64,000 bases of DNA from Patescibacteria group bacterium (lineage in GTDB: Bacteria > Patescibacteriota > UBA1384 > CAJBMM01). Below the pieces are notes generated by a model. The model ran no database searches. It saw only the letters and a list, made by a program, of their open reading frames with translations, and had not been told where the DNA came from. Of this stretch, positions 21,644-31,914 are shown one piece after another; the stretch's first letter is position 1, and every line of letters begins with the position of its first letter. The translations under genes and the position numbers were made by a program. The DNA lies in assembly GCA_041660565.1 (NCBI GenBank), contig JBAZWC010000001.1:6155-70154 (forward strand), given 5' to 3'.

Positions 21644-21763
21644 TTCTGGTGCCTTTTGCCCCTAGGAAACACCCGTTCCCATCCCGAACACGGTCGTTCA
21701 GCTAGGGAGTCGCCAATGATACTTGCCTCGCAAGGGGCCGGGAAAGTAGGTCGGTGCCAGAAC
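21644..21763 (+). rRNA. rrf: 5S ribosomal RNA
   Basis: TTCTGGTGCC...CCCATCCCGAACACGG...GTAGGTCGGTGCCAGAA with complementary ends. Confidence 0.85.
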
Positions 21764-21853
21764 AATGGGCTTTTTTTGGTGCCTAAATTGCTCTAAAAAA
21801 TTTGTTGACAATAAAATTAGCAGTAGATAACATTATAATGAGGTAATGTACAA

Positions 21854-24800
21854 ATGAAATTCATTATGGGACATGCTGCTATCCCAACTTTTTTGGGGTA
21901 CAAAAGGTGTATCTACAAATTGTTAGTTTTATTGATGTTATTTTTCTCTATGTTTGGCGGAGAGGTTTTTGCATTATCAGCGTTAACCAAATTAGCGAAC
22001 GCGGCCGGCCCAACCACCTATTACGTGGATGCTGCTACCGGTTTAGATACAAACGATGGTAAATCAGAAGGTGCTCCTTGGCTAACAATAAATAAAGCCG
22101 CTACCACATTGGTCGCTGGAGACACAGTCTATATTAAGAACGGTGTTTATCGCGAAGGGGTTAGTTTCACTGTGTCGGGAACAAGTGGCAGCCCAATTAC
22201 CTTTAGTGCGTATCCCGAACATTCTCCGGTGTTGGATGGGGGGGTAGCGGTGTCCGACTGGACACTACACGCAGGAAATGTTTATAAGACTACTTGGAAC
22301 TATACCAGTGCCGGTTTTTGGGAGGACACGACAAAATTATTGACACCGAATGGCGCAGTGCCAGACGCTGCTGGTGAGTGGTATTTAGACGATGCGGGTA
22401 ATACCTTGTACGTCTGGCCGTCAGACTCGGCCAATCCAGCCACACATACTTATGAAGCATCGGTTCCAACTGTTGCCTCAACAACATCGGGCAATATGTT
22501 GGAAATGACGGGTGAAAATTATATCACGATCAATGGGCTAAAAACTATTCATGCTAATAATGACGGAATTAATATGAGCGGAACCAGCACCGGCCTCGTA
22601 TTTAACGATGTTATTTCAGAAGATAATACATATGACGGTTTTTCTCAGCATAATACGGTTAGAACCACTGTGACAAATATTACAGTGAACCGTAATGGAA
22701 AATGTAATCTTGTTAACGTAAACGATACATATATAAGCCTAAATGGTTTAAGTTCTACTCAAGGTACTTATGGGCCTAATGCTGCCGCGTCAATTCTATT
22801 CACCGAAAATGCAGCAGCGGACATTTATGACGCCACTATTGCCAGCGGATCCCATGATCTTACGTCTGTTTTTGCTACTGCAGCTGGAATAGTGAACCTA
22901 TATGATTCTACCATGACAGCCAGAGCGTCGTCATATTACTTAAATTGTGGCGAGAAAACGGTTTTTGACCGAGTAGTGATTGACGCGCAAGATACAGGGG
23001 CACGGCTTTATAGTGGCTCAAATTCATCCGCAGATGCTGCTGATAAATTTATTTTTCGAAATTCCATCGCAAAAAATATTGGGACCGATGGTTTCTATAT
23101 TACTACTGCCAACATTAAGGTGCTGATTGAAAACAGTATTATCATTGGTCAGAGTAGCTCCAACTTGTTACACGCTTGGGGAGCCGGGACGACTCTAGAG
23201 GTGTACAACACGATTATCGCCGATAATCCACTTCGGACATTCAAAGCCACAAGTGGCACAGTGACCGAGGATTATAACATTCTTTATAACTCTGGTGGGT
23301 ATAGTAGCGTTGCAGCTGGAGCACATACGGTTGCAACTGACCCGAAATTTGTTAATTTTGCCGGAGGTGATTACAATATTCAGTCAGACTCACCGGCGAT
23401 TGATAGTGGTATCTCTACTTACTCATCCACGACAGATTACGCCCAAAATAGCCGTTACGACCTACCGAGTACTGTAAACACCGGTGCGGGTACGTACGAT
23501 TATTATGATCGTGGAGCCTATGAATACATAACGCCGCCAACCCCGGCTGTCTCTAGTGCGTCTCATCCGTCGCAAACCACATATTACTCTGATAGTACGC
23601 CAGATATAACGATAACCTCAGACACTTCATCAACAACTTTGTACCGTTATTTAGTTGATCAAACCGCAACCCGGAGCGCGGCAACGGTGGTGGCATCTGG
23701 AACATCTATTGGGACAAATACCACTTTTACGGTGGCAGCAGGAATAATTACCAGTAGTGGCACATGGTATATTCATGTCGTCGCTCAAAACTTAGATAAC
23801 GATCCGGGTGGAGTAGTAAATTATACTATTAAGTATGATGGCTCTGGGCCAGCTGCATTCGCCCCCACCGCCGATCCGGCAAGTTGGGCAAGCGCGAATT
23901 CAAGTGTTGTTACTTTTGTCACCACCGATGCAGAATCAGGTGTGGCTAGCTATTCAGTGAAAATTGATAGTGGTGCATACATGGATAGCGTTGCCAGTCC
24001 ATATACCCTTGACACATCGGCGCTTACCGATGGGGCTCGTACTGTTACAATTAAGGCGACCGATAATGTGGGAAACCTAACAACCGGAACGGTTACCATT
24101 TATATTGACAGAACATCTCCGGTTAGTTTTACCCCAACCCTAAATGTCGATTCCGTAACTAGCTTAACCAGCGCAGAGCTATCTTTTATTACCACCGATG
24201 CTGGATCGGGAATCGAATATTATACAGTTAGTGTAGACTCCTTAGCTGCTTCTACCCAGGTATCTCCATATTCAATAACAGGATTAAGTAGTGGTTCTCA
24301 CACCGCCACTGTAATTGCGTATGATGTTGTCGGCAACACCACATCTGGTAGTATCACATGGACAGTAGACACCTCTGTTTCGGAAACAACTTCATCCACC
24401 GCAAGTACCTCTACCGTACCCGCGTTTTCGCTGGATAAAATTGGAGGAGTTAACATTAGCACTACTGCGACTCGATTTACGTATTGGGGGCATTTGCCAA
24501 GGTTCAGCGGTACCGCCGATGTTGGGGTATCTGTTGTTATCTCTACTCCCTCGATTACACTTTGCAGTGTTGTTGTCGACTCAGCAGGGAATTGGGAATG
24601 TCAATCTGAACAATATTTAGCTTTTGGCGAATATGCCATCACCGCAAGGGCTACAAATTCTATCGGGTTATTAACCGAACGAACCATAACACTTATTGCT
24701 GTTGAGGCAACATCTGTTGCTACTGAGCCGACAAGTCCTGCCACCGTTTCTCCAACACCAACAAGCGCTACTTCTGCTTCGCCAACTTCAATGGTTACAG

Positions 24801-24952
24801 TCTCGCCTGGTCCGATATCGTCCGCAGACTCAGGATCAAAAGCAAAATTACCAGTTTTGCCCAATGTAATTAGATATGCGCTCGAAGGACTAGGATCCTT
24901 AATTGTAGGTTTTCTACTAGCACGCCGTTATTATTTTAACAATAACACATAA
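21854..24952 (+). CDS. large surface protein: signal/TM, right-handed beta-helix (pectin-lyase fold), at least three tandem Ig/Big-like repeats, and a C-terminal TM anchor
   Basis: N-terminal hydrophobic segment, NGVYREG-type beta-helix rungs, about 80-aa repeats (TTDAESGVASYSVKIDSG... / TTDAGSGIEYYTVSVDS...), and a C-terminal LGSLIVGFLLARR. Confidence 0.7.
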   Translation: MKFIMGHAAIPTFLGYKRCIYKLLVLLMLFFSMFGGEVFALSALTKLANAAGPTTYYVDAATGLDTNDGKSEGAPWLTINKAATTLVAGDTVYIKNGVYREGVSFTVSGTSGSPITFSAYPEHSPVLDGGVAVSDWTLHAGNVYKTTWNYTSAGFWEDTTKLLTPNGAVPDAAGEWYLDDAGNTLYVWPSDSANPATHTYEASVPTVASTTSGNMLEMTGENYITINGLKTIHANNDGINMSGTSTGLVFNDVISEDNTYDGFSQHNTVRTTVTNITVNRNGKCNLVNVNDTYISLNGLSSTQGTYGPNAAASILFTENAAADIYDATIASGSHDLTSVFATAAGIVNLYDSTMTARASSYYLNCGEKTVFDRVVIDAQDTGARLYSGSNSSADAADKFIFRNSIAKNIGTDGFYITTANIKVLIENSIIIGQSSSNLLHAWGAGTTLEVYNTIIADNPLRTFKATSGTVTEDYNILYNSGGYSSVAAGAHTVATDPKFVNFAGGDYNIQSDSPAIDSGISTYSSTTDYAQNSRYDLPSTVNTGAGTYDYYDRGAYEYITPPTPAVSSASHPSQTTYYSDSTPDITITSDTSSTTLYRYLVDQTATRSAATVVASGTSIGTNTTFTVAAGIITSSGTWYIHVVAQNLDNDPGGVVNYTIKYDGSGPAAFAPTADPASWASANSSVVTFVTTDAESGVASYSVKIDSGAYMDSVASPYTLDTSALTDGARTVTIKATDNVGNLTTGTVTIYIDRTSPVSFTPTLNVDSVTSLTSAELSFITTDAGSGIEYYTVSVDSLAASTQVSPYSITGLSSGSHTATVIAYDVVGNTTSGSITWTVDTSVSETTSSTASTSTVPAFSLDKIGGVNISTTATRFTYWGHLPRFSGTADVGVSVVISTPSITLCSVVVDSAGNWECQSEQYLAFGEYAITARATNSIGLLTERTITLIAVEATSVATEPTSPATVSPTPTSATSASPTSMVTVSPGPISSADSGSKAKLPVLPNVIRYALEGLGSLIVGFLLARRYYFNNNT

Positions 24953-25064
24953 GCAAGTCTGTGGCTTGGCCAGCGAATAAGCAGTTTATTAAAAAAAACG
25001 ACTGATTTTTTGACGTTGATTTTATTGTTGAGATATAATATTAGTGTAAGAATGGAGGGTACTA

Positions 25065-25706
25065 ATGTATAGTCGAACAAGAGGATTCACTCTATTAGAA
25101 CTAATGGTGGTTATTGCAATTATTGGTATTTTGGCTGCGCTTACGATCTCACTTACTGCCAGCTCACGGCAACGAGCGGCAGATGCAGCTATCAAAAACA
25201 ACGTTCACTCTGTTATGGTCGCGGTTGAGGCGATATCTATTGCTTCAAATCCGCAACAACAATCCTCTGGTATGATTAACCAGTTTATTCCAAAGGCAGG
25301 TGCGGTTACGGCTCCAGAGCCTCCTCCGGGAGACCCGTACGGAGTGTTAAGTAATACCATGGCTGATGCTGTTTGGATAGACGGTACATTTGACTTAATA
25401 TCCTTAAACACGACTGATCCGGGGTACATTGTGATGCAAATATTACTTAACCATAACTTACTTCATCCACCAACATTATTGGGCAGCAAGGCAGGAGTTT
25501 ATTATTATGCAAGTTGGGGAGGCAATATCATCTCCACAACCACCGCACCTGCGTTGCGTGCAGTTAATGCGGCGGCAATTGGTAAGCTAAACGCAAAAGT
25601 CAAGCCGGATAACAACGCTACCTTCAATGGTGGATCATTGGTTAAAGGTAAAGCAACCCTGCCCGGAAACAATACAACTCAATATTTTGTCGTTACCGAC
25701 AATTAA
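25065..25706 (+). CDS. type IV pilin / pseudopilin
   Basis: Prepilin leader and N-methylation motif RGFTLLELMVVIAIIGILAA. Confidence 0.8.
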   Translation: MYSRTRGFTLLELMVVIAIIGILAALTISLTASSRQRAADAAIKNNVHSVMVAVEAISIASNPQQQSSGMINQFIPKAGAVTAPEPPPGDPYGVLSNTMADAVWIDGTFDLISLNTTDPGYIVMQILLNHNLLHPPTLLGSKAGVYYYASWGGNIISTTTAPALRAVNAAAIGKLNAKVKPDNNATFNGGSLVKGKATLPGNNTTQYFVVTDN

Positions 25707-25778
25707 TTTTAATTTATTTACTGAACGATTTACTGGGCATGTGTTGAGACTGGCCCAGTTTTTCGGTATTCTAATAAC

Positions 25779-26522
25779 ATGCCAATAAATATTTCAACTT
25801 GTGCGGTAGTGCTAGCGGCGGGCAAAGGGACGCGCATGCAATCCGATATTCCGAAAGTACTGCATTTATTGCATGGACGGTCGTTAATTGATTTAACTCT
25901 GTCTCAGGTTAATCAATCAGCTATTAATCAAACGGTAGTTGTAGTTGGTTATGCAAAATCTGCCGTTGTTGCCGAGATCGAATCACATAAATATTCTGTT
26001 GATTTTGCGCTGCAAGATCAACAACTTGGCACCGGACACGCGGTTCAGATGGCTATTCCTCAAATCAAATCAAATACCTCGACGGTCATTGTAACCTACG
26101 GCGATATGCCATTTGTCTCGTCCGATATCTTTAATCAACTTATTGCAAAACAGCAGCAAACAAATGCCGCGGTGGTACTAACCTCGGTATTTTTCGATGA
26201 CCCAATGAAGCCGGCATTCGGACGAATTAAACGTGATATCAACGGTCGTATCGAAAAAATTGTCGAGCAAAAAGTGGCCAGTCCGGCAGAACTTAAAATT
26301 CAAGAATGTAATGCCGGTCCGGTGGCGTATGATTATCAATGGTTGATCAAGGCGTTACCCAAGCTAAAGCGAAATCCGCAGAGTCAAGAATATTATCTGA
26401 CAGATTTGGCCGAGGAGGCGTGCCTAGAGGGGCGACTAGTTGAATCCATTGTGGCCGAAAATGAAAACGAGGTGTTTGGAATTAATACTGTTGAACACCT
26501 AAGCCAAGCGATTCTAATATGA
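25779..26522 (+). CDS. sugar-phosphate nucleotidyltransferase, GlmU N-terminal-like (uridyltransferase domain only)
   Basis: AVVLAAGKGTRMQSDIPKVLH matches the GlmU pyrophosphorylase P-loop. No left-handed beta-helix acetyltransferase half. Confidence 0.6.
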   Translation: MPINISTCAVVLAAGKGTRMQSDIPKVLHLLHGRSLIDLTLSQVNQSAINQTVVVVGYAKSAVVAEIESHKYSVDFALQDQQLGTGHAVQMAIPQIKSNTSTVIVTYGDMPFVSSDIFNQLIAKQQQTNAAVVLTSVFFDDPMKPAFGRIKRDINGRIEKIVEQKVASPAELKIQECNAGPVAYDYQWLIKALPKLKRNPQSQEYYLTDLAEEACLEGRLVESIVAENENEVFGINTVEHLSQAILI

Positions 26523-26989
26523 AAGTAAAAATTAACTCATTCTGGTTTGGTTTGATAATTGTTTTTGCTACTGCAGGAATTGGACTGGGACTTTATTTGC
26601 GTACTCAAACCGATAATCTGGTCACCGTAACCATCGGGCAAACCAAAATCACGACTGAAATTGCAAAGACGTCGACGCAAAAAGAACAGGGGCTTAGTGG
26701 GCGAACGTCTCTCAAGTTCGATTCCGGGATGTTATTCTCGTACGATAATCCGACTCGTCCAACCTTTTGGATGAAAGGGATGAAATTCCCGCTCGATTTT
26801 ATCTGGGTGCGTGACGGTAAAGTGATTGAATTAACCGAGCACGTTGCAGCGCCGCTATCAAGTATGACCGAAAGCCAGATGCTAAAATACGTGCCAAAAG
26901 AAAATGTTGACGCTGTAATAGAAGTGAACGGCGGATTTGTGGAGTATAATAAAATCAAAGTTGGTGATACGGTTCAAATGACGAATTGA
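26519..26989 (+). CDS. DUF192 family protein
   Basis: GMLF...FWMKGMKFPLDFIWVRDG pattern; N-terminal TM. Confidence 0.6.
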   Translation: MKVKINSFWFGLIIVFATAGIGLGLYLRTQTDNLVTVTIGQTKITTEIAKTSTQKEQGLSGRTSLKFDSGMLFSYDNPTRPTFWMKGMKFPLDFIWVRDGKVIELTEHVAAPLSSMTESQMLKYVPKENVDAVIEVNGGFVEYNKIKVGDTVQMTN

Positions 26990-26996
26990 GATTGAA

Positions 26997-27851
26997 ATGA
27001 GAAAAATTGGTTGTCATATTTCTAGTGCGGGGGGAATCAGCAAGATTTTTGATCGTGCCAAAATTGCAGATGCTGAATGCCTACAAACCTTTGCCGGAAG
27101 TCCGCAAACATGGAAACCAGCGGAGTATTCGGATGAAGATGTTGAAAAGTTCAAAACTGAGCGAGTAAAAAACACTAACATTGGGCCGTTGTTTATTCAT
27201 GCAATGTATTTAATCAACCTAGCCTCGCCTAATAATCAAATTAGGCATGGATCAATTAATGCGTTGGTCAAAAGTCTAATGGTAGCCGAAAAATTGGGAT
27301 TTGACGGGGTGATTACGCATACCGGCTCAGCAGGGTCGGCTAGTTTTGATGATGTTTTGCCTACGTTGCAAAAATCCCTTGGTCAGATTTTGGAACAAGT
27401 GCCGGCAAATCTTAAGACTAAATTACTGTTAGAAAACGCGGCCGGTGCGGGCGGAATTATCGGTGGTTCTGTAAGCGAGTTAAGCCAGATGTTAAAATCG
27501 GTTGGTTTGGATGAACGAATCGGTTTTTGCATCGACACGTGCCACGCCTTTGTTTCCGGTTATGATTTGCGCACCGACGCAGGTATTTCTCGCCTCGCTA
27601 CAGAAATCGAATCCGACTTGGGTTGGAACAGGTTGAAAGCTATCCACTTAAACGATTCAAAAGGTGATTTAGGTTCAAAAAAGGACCGGCACGAAATTGT
27701 GGGCAAAGGATATTTAGGGCTCGAGTCATTTAAAAAAATCCTACATCACCCGCAATTCAGTCAGATCCCGATGATTTTAGAAACCCCAGACCTAAAATCC
27801 GACCTAACCGAACCTCCGGAGAGTCTGGTATCGATCAGATCGCTGATGTAA
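26997..27851 (+). CDS. nfo: endonuclease IV (AP endonuclease family 2)
   Basis: IGCHISSAGG and HAMYLINLASP signatures. Confidence 0.85.
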   Translation: MRKIGCHISSAGGISKIFDRAKIADAECLQTFAGSPQTWKPAEYSDEDVEKFKTERVKNTNIGPLFIHAMYLINLASPNNQIRHGSINALVKSLMVAEKLGFDGVITHTGSAGSASFDDVLPTLQKSLGQILEQVPANLKTKLLLENAAGAGGIIGGSVSELSQMLKSVGLDERIGFCIDTCHAFVSGYDLRTDAGISRLATEIESDLGWNRLKAIHLNDSKGDLGSKKDRHEIVGKGYLGLESFKKILHHPQFSQIPMILETPDLKSDLTEPPESLVSIRSLM

Positions 27852-27872
27852 AATACAGATGAAGGGATAATA

Positions 27873-28106
27873 ATGAACCAAATTTTTACCTACTACGACA
27901 AATTTTTAACCATGTTCCCGGATCCGTGGCATCCGTATGTTTCCATTGCCATTTTAATCGCCATGGCCGTCATTGTTTTTCGATTTTGGAAAGTAGAGAT
28001 CGTTGGTATTATTTTGCTGATAATTTTCGTTCCCGCGTCTATTCCAATCTTGCGCAATCTTGGCCAGACTCTCCTTCAATTTGCCAATCATATTATTGGT
28101 AAATAA
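27873..28106 (+). CDS. small hypothetical membrane protein
   Basis: 77 aa with two hydrophobic helices. Confidence 0.35.
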   Translation: MNQIFTYYDKFLTMFPDPWHPYVSIAILIAMAVIVFRFWKVEIVGIILLIIFVPASIPILRNLGQTLLQFANHIIGK

Positions 28107-28156
28107 AAGACATTGGAGTAGTTAGGGAGATTTGGGATTTTAGGGGTCGCGGACGA

Positions 28157-28555
28157 TTATAAAACAATCGCTTTATTTATAAGTGGCATTATTTCGCCGT
28201 ACGTTTTAGCCGCGATGCGAAAAGCGGATTTACCTTTGGGAGTGATTTGGTAAACTTTGCGCTCGCGACCCTTAAAAATAGTGCCGTGAACCGTAACATA
28301 TCCCTCTTTTTGCAACTGATTTAACGCGGGATATAAAGTGCCCTCAGTTGGTTTGCATGCGCCCCAACTAAGATCATCAATTTTTTGTGAGATCACATAT
28401 CCGTACAAAGCTTCATCTTTAAGCGCTTTGAGCAAAAAGAATCGAATTAGGCCCTGATTAATCAACTTTTGCCAATAATCTGGCGATTCTAAATCGGGCA
28501 TTTTTCCTCCAATTGAACCGCATTTGCAGCTCAAACTTTTTGTACTTTGCCCCAC
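28157..28555 (-). CDS. PadR family transcriptional regulator
   Basis: GYVISQKI...GTLYPALNQLQKEGYV...RKVYQITPKG winged-helix pattern. Confidence 0.65.
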   Translation of the reverse strand: MGQSTKSLSCKCGSIGGKMPDLESPDYWQKLINQGLIRFFLLKALKDEALYGYVISQKIDDLSWGACKPTEGTLYPALNQLQKEGYVTVHGTIFKGRERKVYQITPKGKSAFRIAAKTYGEIMPLINKAIVL

Positions 28556-28669
28556 TTCAAGTAACTTTAGACTAGACCAATAGTAGGGCGTGTGTCAAGG
28601 GCGATGCGGGTGACAGTTGATCTTATAAATGATATGATCAACGGGTAAAGGATAAAGATTGGAGGAAGT

Positions 28670-29014
28670 ATGGTCAAAAATCTACCTTTATGGTCATTTG
28701 CAGTTCTCGGATTGTCGTTGGTGCTCGGCATTAGTTTTTATGTTAAGAACCAGTTTAACCAAAGTATTATCTCTGAAAACTCGTCTTATGAAGCAATCGC
28801 CGCCGAGGATGCTCCCGTTGCGTCAACTCAGCAGAAAAAACTTATTGACCAATGGATTACCGCGAACGACTTAAATACCTATGGCGATCCAAAGTGGGTG
28901 GTTTATTCCTCGGGTCCGTTGAAAAAAGATGGCGGCTTGAACAAGTACACTGATCGTTATATCTACATTATTGATAAACATCCTGACGCGCCTTGGAATA
29001 CTGTTACTAACTAG
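28670..29014 (+). CDS. hypothetical secreted protein
   Basis: N-terminal signal/TM; SD ggagga. Confidence 0.45.
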   Translation: MVKNLPLWSFAVLGLSLVLGISFYVKNQFNQSIISENSSYEAIAAEDAPVASTQQKKLIDQWITANDLNTYGDPKWVVYSSGPLKKDGGLNKYTDRYIYIIDKHPDAPWNTVTN

Positions 29015-29016
29015 GA

Positions 29017-29274
29017 ATGATGATGAAAAAATGGCAATTAGCGCTAATTGGAGTGGCTATTGGATTATTGGCCGCCTTAATATTCCCGACAAAATCGGCC
29101 AGCAACACTTTACCAGGGCAAAACGTGATTAAAGTGAAAACTGCTGATGGTGTTTCGCCCGTGAATAGCCAAGTTTTTGGAGTGAACGCACTCGGATCGG
29201 CCATAATTGGGCCAAAAAAAGGTGATAGCGGGCAAGTTTTGCAGAACACTGTGAATAATATAATCGGGAATTAG
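29017..29274 (+). CDS. hypothetical small secreted/membrane protein
   Basis: N-terminal hydrophobic segment. Confidence 0.4.
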   Translation: MMMKKWQLALIGVAIGLLAALIFPTKSASNTLPGQNVIKVKTADGVSPVNSQVFGVNALGSAIIGPKKGDSGQVLQNTVNNIIGN

Positions 29275-29286
29275 CATCACGACCTG

Positions 29287-29367
29287 TCATTCCGGACTAG
29301 ATCCGGAGTCCAGGCAATAATAGATTTTTTATATAGATTCCGGGTCGAGCCCGGAATGACAAATTAA
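29287..29367. repeat. palindromic repeat, family 2 (TGTCATTCCGGA...TCCGGGAATGACA)
   Basis: cctgtcattccggactagatccgg...ttatatagattccgggtcgagcccggaatgacaa. Confidence 0.6.
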
Positions 29368-29377
29368 GGAATATAGT

Positions 29378-30241
29378 ATGCCAGAGCTACCAGAAGTTGA
29401 AACTTTAAAAAATGGGCTTAAAACCGTTCTCATTGGGCAGAAATTGGCATCGGTGCAAATTAACAAACCCAAAATGTGGCGTGGTTTATCCTCGGATCAA
29501 CTTGTAAATCAAACCATCCAGTCTATCGACCGGCTGGCTAAAATGCTGGTGATAAACTGGTCAAATAATTTAACCTTAATTGTGCACCTAAAAATGACCG
29601 GTCAGCTGATTTTTGTAGATAAAGCAGGTGAAGAAATTGCCGGCGGTCATCCTGATGATCAATTTGTAGCCAAGCAGCCGAGTAAATACACCCACATTAT
29701 TTTTGATTTTTTGAGTGGTGATCATCTGTATTTTAATGATATGCGTCAGTTTGGTTATGCGCATTTAATTGCGTCTGATCAATTGGAGCAGGAACATCAG
29801 CAAATTGCTAACATTGGGGTTGACCCGTTTGTGGCAGATTTTACGCCGGAATATTTATTTAAACATTTTCAGGATAAGCCAAAAACCTCGGTCAAACAGG
29901 TGATAATGGACCAGTCGGTTGTCGCCGGCATTGGCAACATCTATGCCGATGAAAGTTTGTTTGAAGCCAAAATTGCTCCAACACGACCAGCCAAGAGTAT
30001 TACCGAAGTTGAGTCAACGAAACTACACCAAGCGATTATCAATATACTCAAGCTTGGCATCAACTTGGGTGGCACATCGTACAAAGATTATGTGCATCAC
30101 GACGGTAAAAAAGGGACCATGCAAGATCATCTAAAAGTTTATCGCCGGGGTGGTTTGCCTTGCGTGGAATGTGGTGGAAAAATATCGCGTATTACCATTG
30201 GCGGCCGTGGTACTCACTTTTGCCCACACTGCCAAAAATAA
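29378..30241 (+). CDS. mutM: formamidopyrimidine-DNA glycosylase
   Basis: N-terminal MPELPEVE and the C-terminal zinc finger CVECGGKI...CPHCQ. Confidence 0.85.
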   Translation: MPELPEVETLKNGLKTVLIGQKLASVQINKPKMWRGLSSDQLVNQTIQSIDRLAKMLVINWSNNLTLIVHLKMTGQLIFVDKAGEEIAGGHPDDQFVAKQPSKYTHIIFDFLSGDHLYFNDMRQFGYAHLIASDQLEQEHQQIANIGVDPFVADFTPEYLFKHFQDKPKTSVKQVIMDQSVVAGIGNIYADESLFEAKIAPTRPAKSITEVESTKLHQAIINILKLGINLGGTSYKDYVHHDGKKGTMQDHLKVYRRGGLPCVECGGKISRITIGGRGTHFCPHCQK

Positions 30242-30337
30242 AATTCGAAATTCCAATATATCCAATCAATCCAATTTGGCCAATTGGAAACGGTGTGAAT
30301 GATTTTATGTGGTCTAACTATGGTGTAGAATAAAGTT

Positions 30338-31261
30338 ATGAATAAAAAAACTTTACCGCGACACATCATTGGTGGGGTGGCGTTTACCTCTGGGCTGGTG
30401 CTTTACGCGCCAGACGTTGCGGTAATGGCGCTGCGTGAGCCATCGGGTCAAATTGCGGTTAAGTCTGTTGCGCTTGATCCGGTTCACTATCAAAACAAAC
30501 TAATAAAACTGTTTTTTGTGCGCGGGTTGTGGCTATTGTGGAACAGTATTAGTCTAAATGGCCGATTAAGGCGGATGGTAGATCAAACCGCCAGCGCCAT
30601 GATTGAGCCGGGCGACAAATCGACCGGGGCCAAACACAAGCCATCCGCTTCACTATTCCCGACTGTTGGTTTGGTGGCAGCGGTGTTGATTTACGGCGCG
30701 GTTTTATTTGCAATCGATTTGTGGAATGCGGTGTCTGCGGGCCAAAATGATGCCGTTCAGACCAACGGGGTGGCGCTGGGCTTGAGTTTACTGGCGGTGG
30801 CGTACATTTTATGGAAAGGTGATCTGTGGTCGTACTTGGGCTATCACGGTGCCGAACATCAAGCCATTACCGCCTACGAAAACGGCAAAATCGACATAAA
30901 GAACATTGGGCTTGCCTGGCCATATCAAAACCGCTGTGGTGCCGGGGTGGTGTCTTACGTGGCGATATTTTTGGTAGCGCTTGGGTTATTCGCGCCGGAA
31001 TTAACTTTTTGGCAAACGGTGGCGCTGGCTCTGGTCTTGTTTAGCTTGTCCTACGAGTTAGTGCACTTTTTAGATAAGTACAGCGCACATCTTTGGGCGC
31101 GGTTGTTACTGATTCCGGGAGTGCTGTTGCAGCTGTTGGTGGCAAAACATCCGCATGCCGACCAAAGCGAGGTAGCTTACGCCGCAATATCCGAACTGGT
31201 TAAAGAAAGTGCTGTGCTAAAATCGCAAAATCCTAAATTTGATGAAATGACACTAGACTAA
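30338..31261 (+). CDS. DUF1385 (YqhQ-like) membrane protein
   Basis: N-terminal IIGGVAF...ALREPSGQIAV and the conserved HGAEHQAI. TAGAAT sits 6 nt before the ATG. Confidence 0.6.
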   Translation: MNKKTLPRHIIGGVAFTSGLVLYAPDVAVMALREPSGQIAVKSVALDPVHYQNKLIKLFFVRGLWLLWNSISLNGRLRRMVDQTASAMIEPGDKSTGAKHKPSASLFPTVGLVAAVLIYGAVLFAIDLWNAVSAGQNDAVQTNGVALGLSLLAVAYILWKGDLWSYLGYHGAEHQAITAYENGKIDIKNIGLAWPYQNRCGAGVVSYVAIFLVALGLFAPELTFWQTVALALVLFSLSYELVHFLDKYSAHLWARLLLIPGVLLQLLVAKHPHADQSEVAYAAISELVKESAVLKSQNPKFDEMTLD

Positions 31262-31573
31262 ATTCGAAGCACTAAATCCGAAATCCGAAAAAAATTAAAA
31301 AAGCTCAAATTCAAATTTTTTAAAAAATAAAAAAATTGTAATTAACTTTTTGCCACCATTGACAAAATACTCTCGATTTTGATACTATACCAAAGTATGA
31401 TTAAACACATTCAACCAATTAATAAGTGCTTTACGCTCTATCGCTTAGAAGGGCACGGGCTTAATTTGTAAGATGACAATAAATCAGAATTAACAAATAA
31501 GAGCTCCTCTAAGGCCCAAACCACCTTGTAGGAGCTCTTTACAGTTTATTCTGGAAAGACCTTAACAACTCAC

Positions 31574-31647
31574 GCCTCGTTAGCTCAGATGGCAGAGCGG
31601 CCTGGTTAGCACCAGGACGGCCGGCGGTTCGAGTCCGCCCCGGGGCA
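31574..31647 (+). tRNA. tRNA-like gene with an aberrant anticodon arm (possible pseudo-tRNA / integration target)
   Basis: Canonical D-arm (TAGCTCAGATGGCAGAGC), T-arm (GGCGGTTCGAGTCCGCC) and a 6/7-bp acceptor. The anticodon region CCTGG-TTAGCA-CCAGG has only a 6-nt loop, so no anticodon can be assigned. No encoded CCA. Confidence 0.45.
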
Positions 31648-31695
31648 TGTATTCTACGGCAAGACGTCCACAACGCGCATCAAGGAGGACAGCAA

Positions 31696-31914
31696 GTGAG
31701 GCGAAAGCCAGTGGACCAACTGATGGTCCGAGATGTCTTGTCACCAGGCGAGGCATTGAAGATCATGCGTGATGCCGCCGAAGCGGCTAAGGGCAATGTC
31801 CTGCAACGTCAGGACGACGTCACGAAATCCGGACAGGCCCATGTAATGCGGGCCACTGCCGGAACGACTGTTACGCAGTACCGCAATGAGGAGGTCAAGC
31901 GCTGTGACAAGTGA
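31696..31914 (+). CDS. hypothetical small protein (high-GC cassette E, gene 1)
   Basis: GTG start after SD aaggagg; 72 aa. Confidence 0.35.
   Translation: MRRKPVDQLMVRDVLSPGEALKIMRDAAEAAKGNVLQRQDDVTKSGQAHVMRATAGTTVTQYRNEEVKRCDK

Noticed and set aside
31400-31455. A 17-codon mini-ORF (MIKHIQPINKCFTLYRL) between the 31361 promoter and the tRNA-like gene, considered as a possible leader peptide
   Set aside because: There is no SD, the ORF is very short, and no attenuator logic is evident. It is mentioned only as a possibility.
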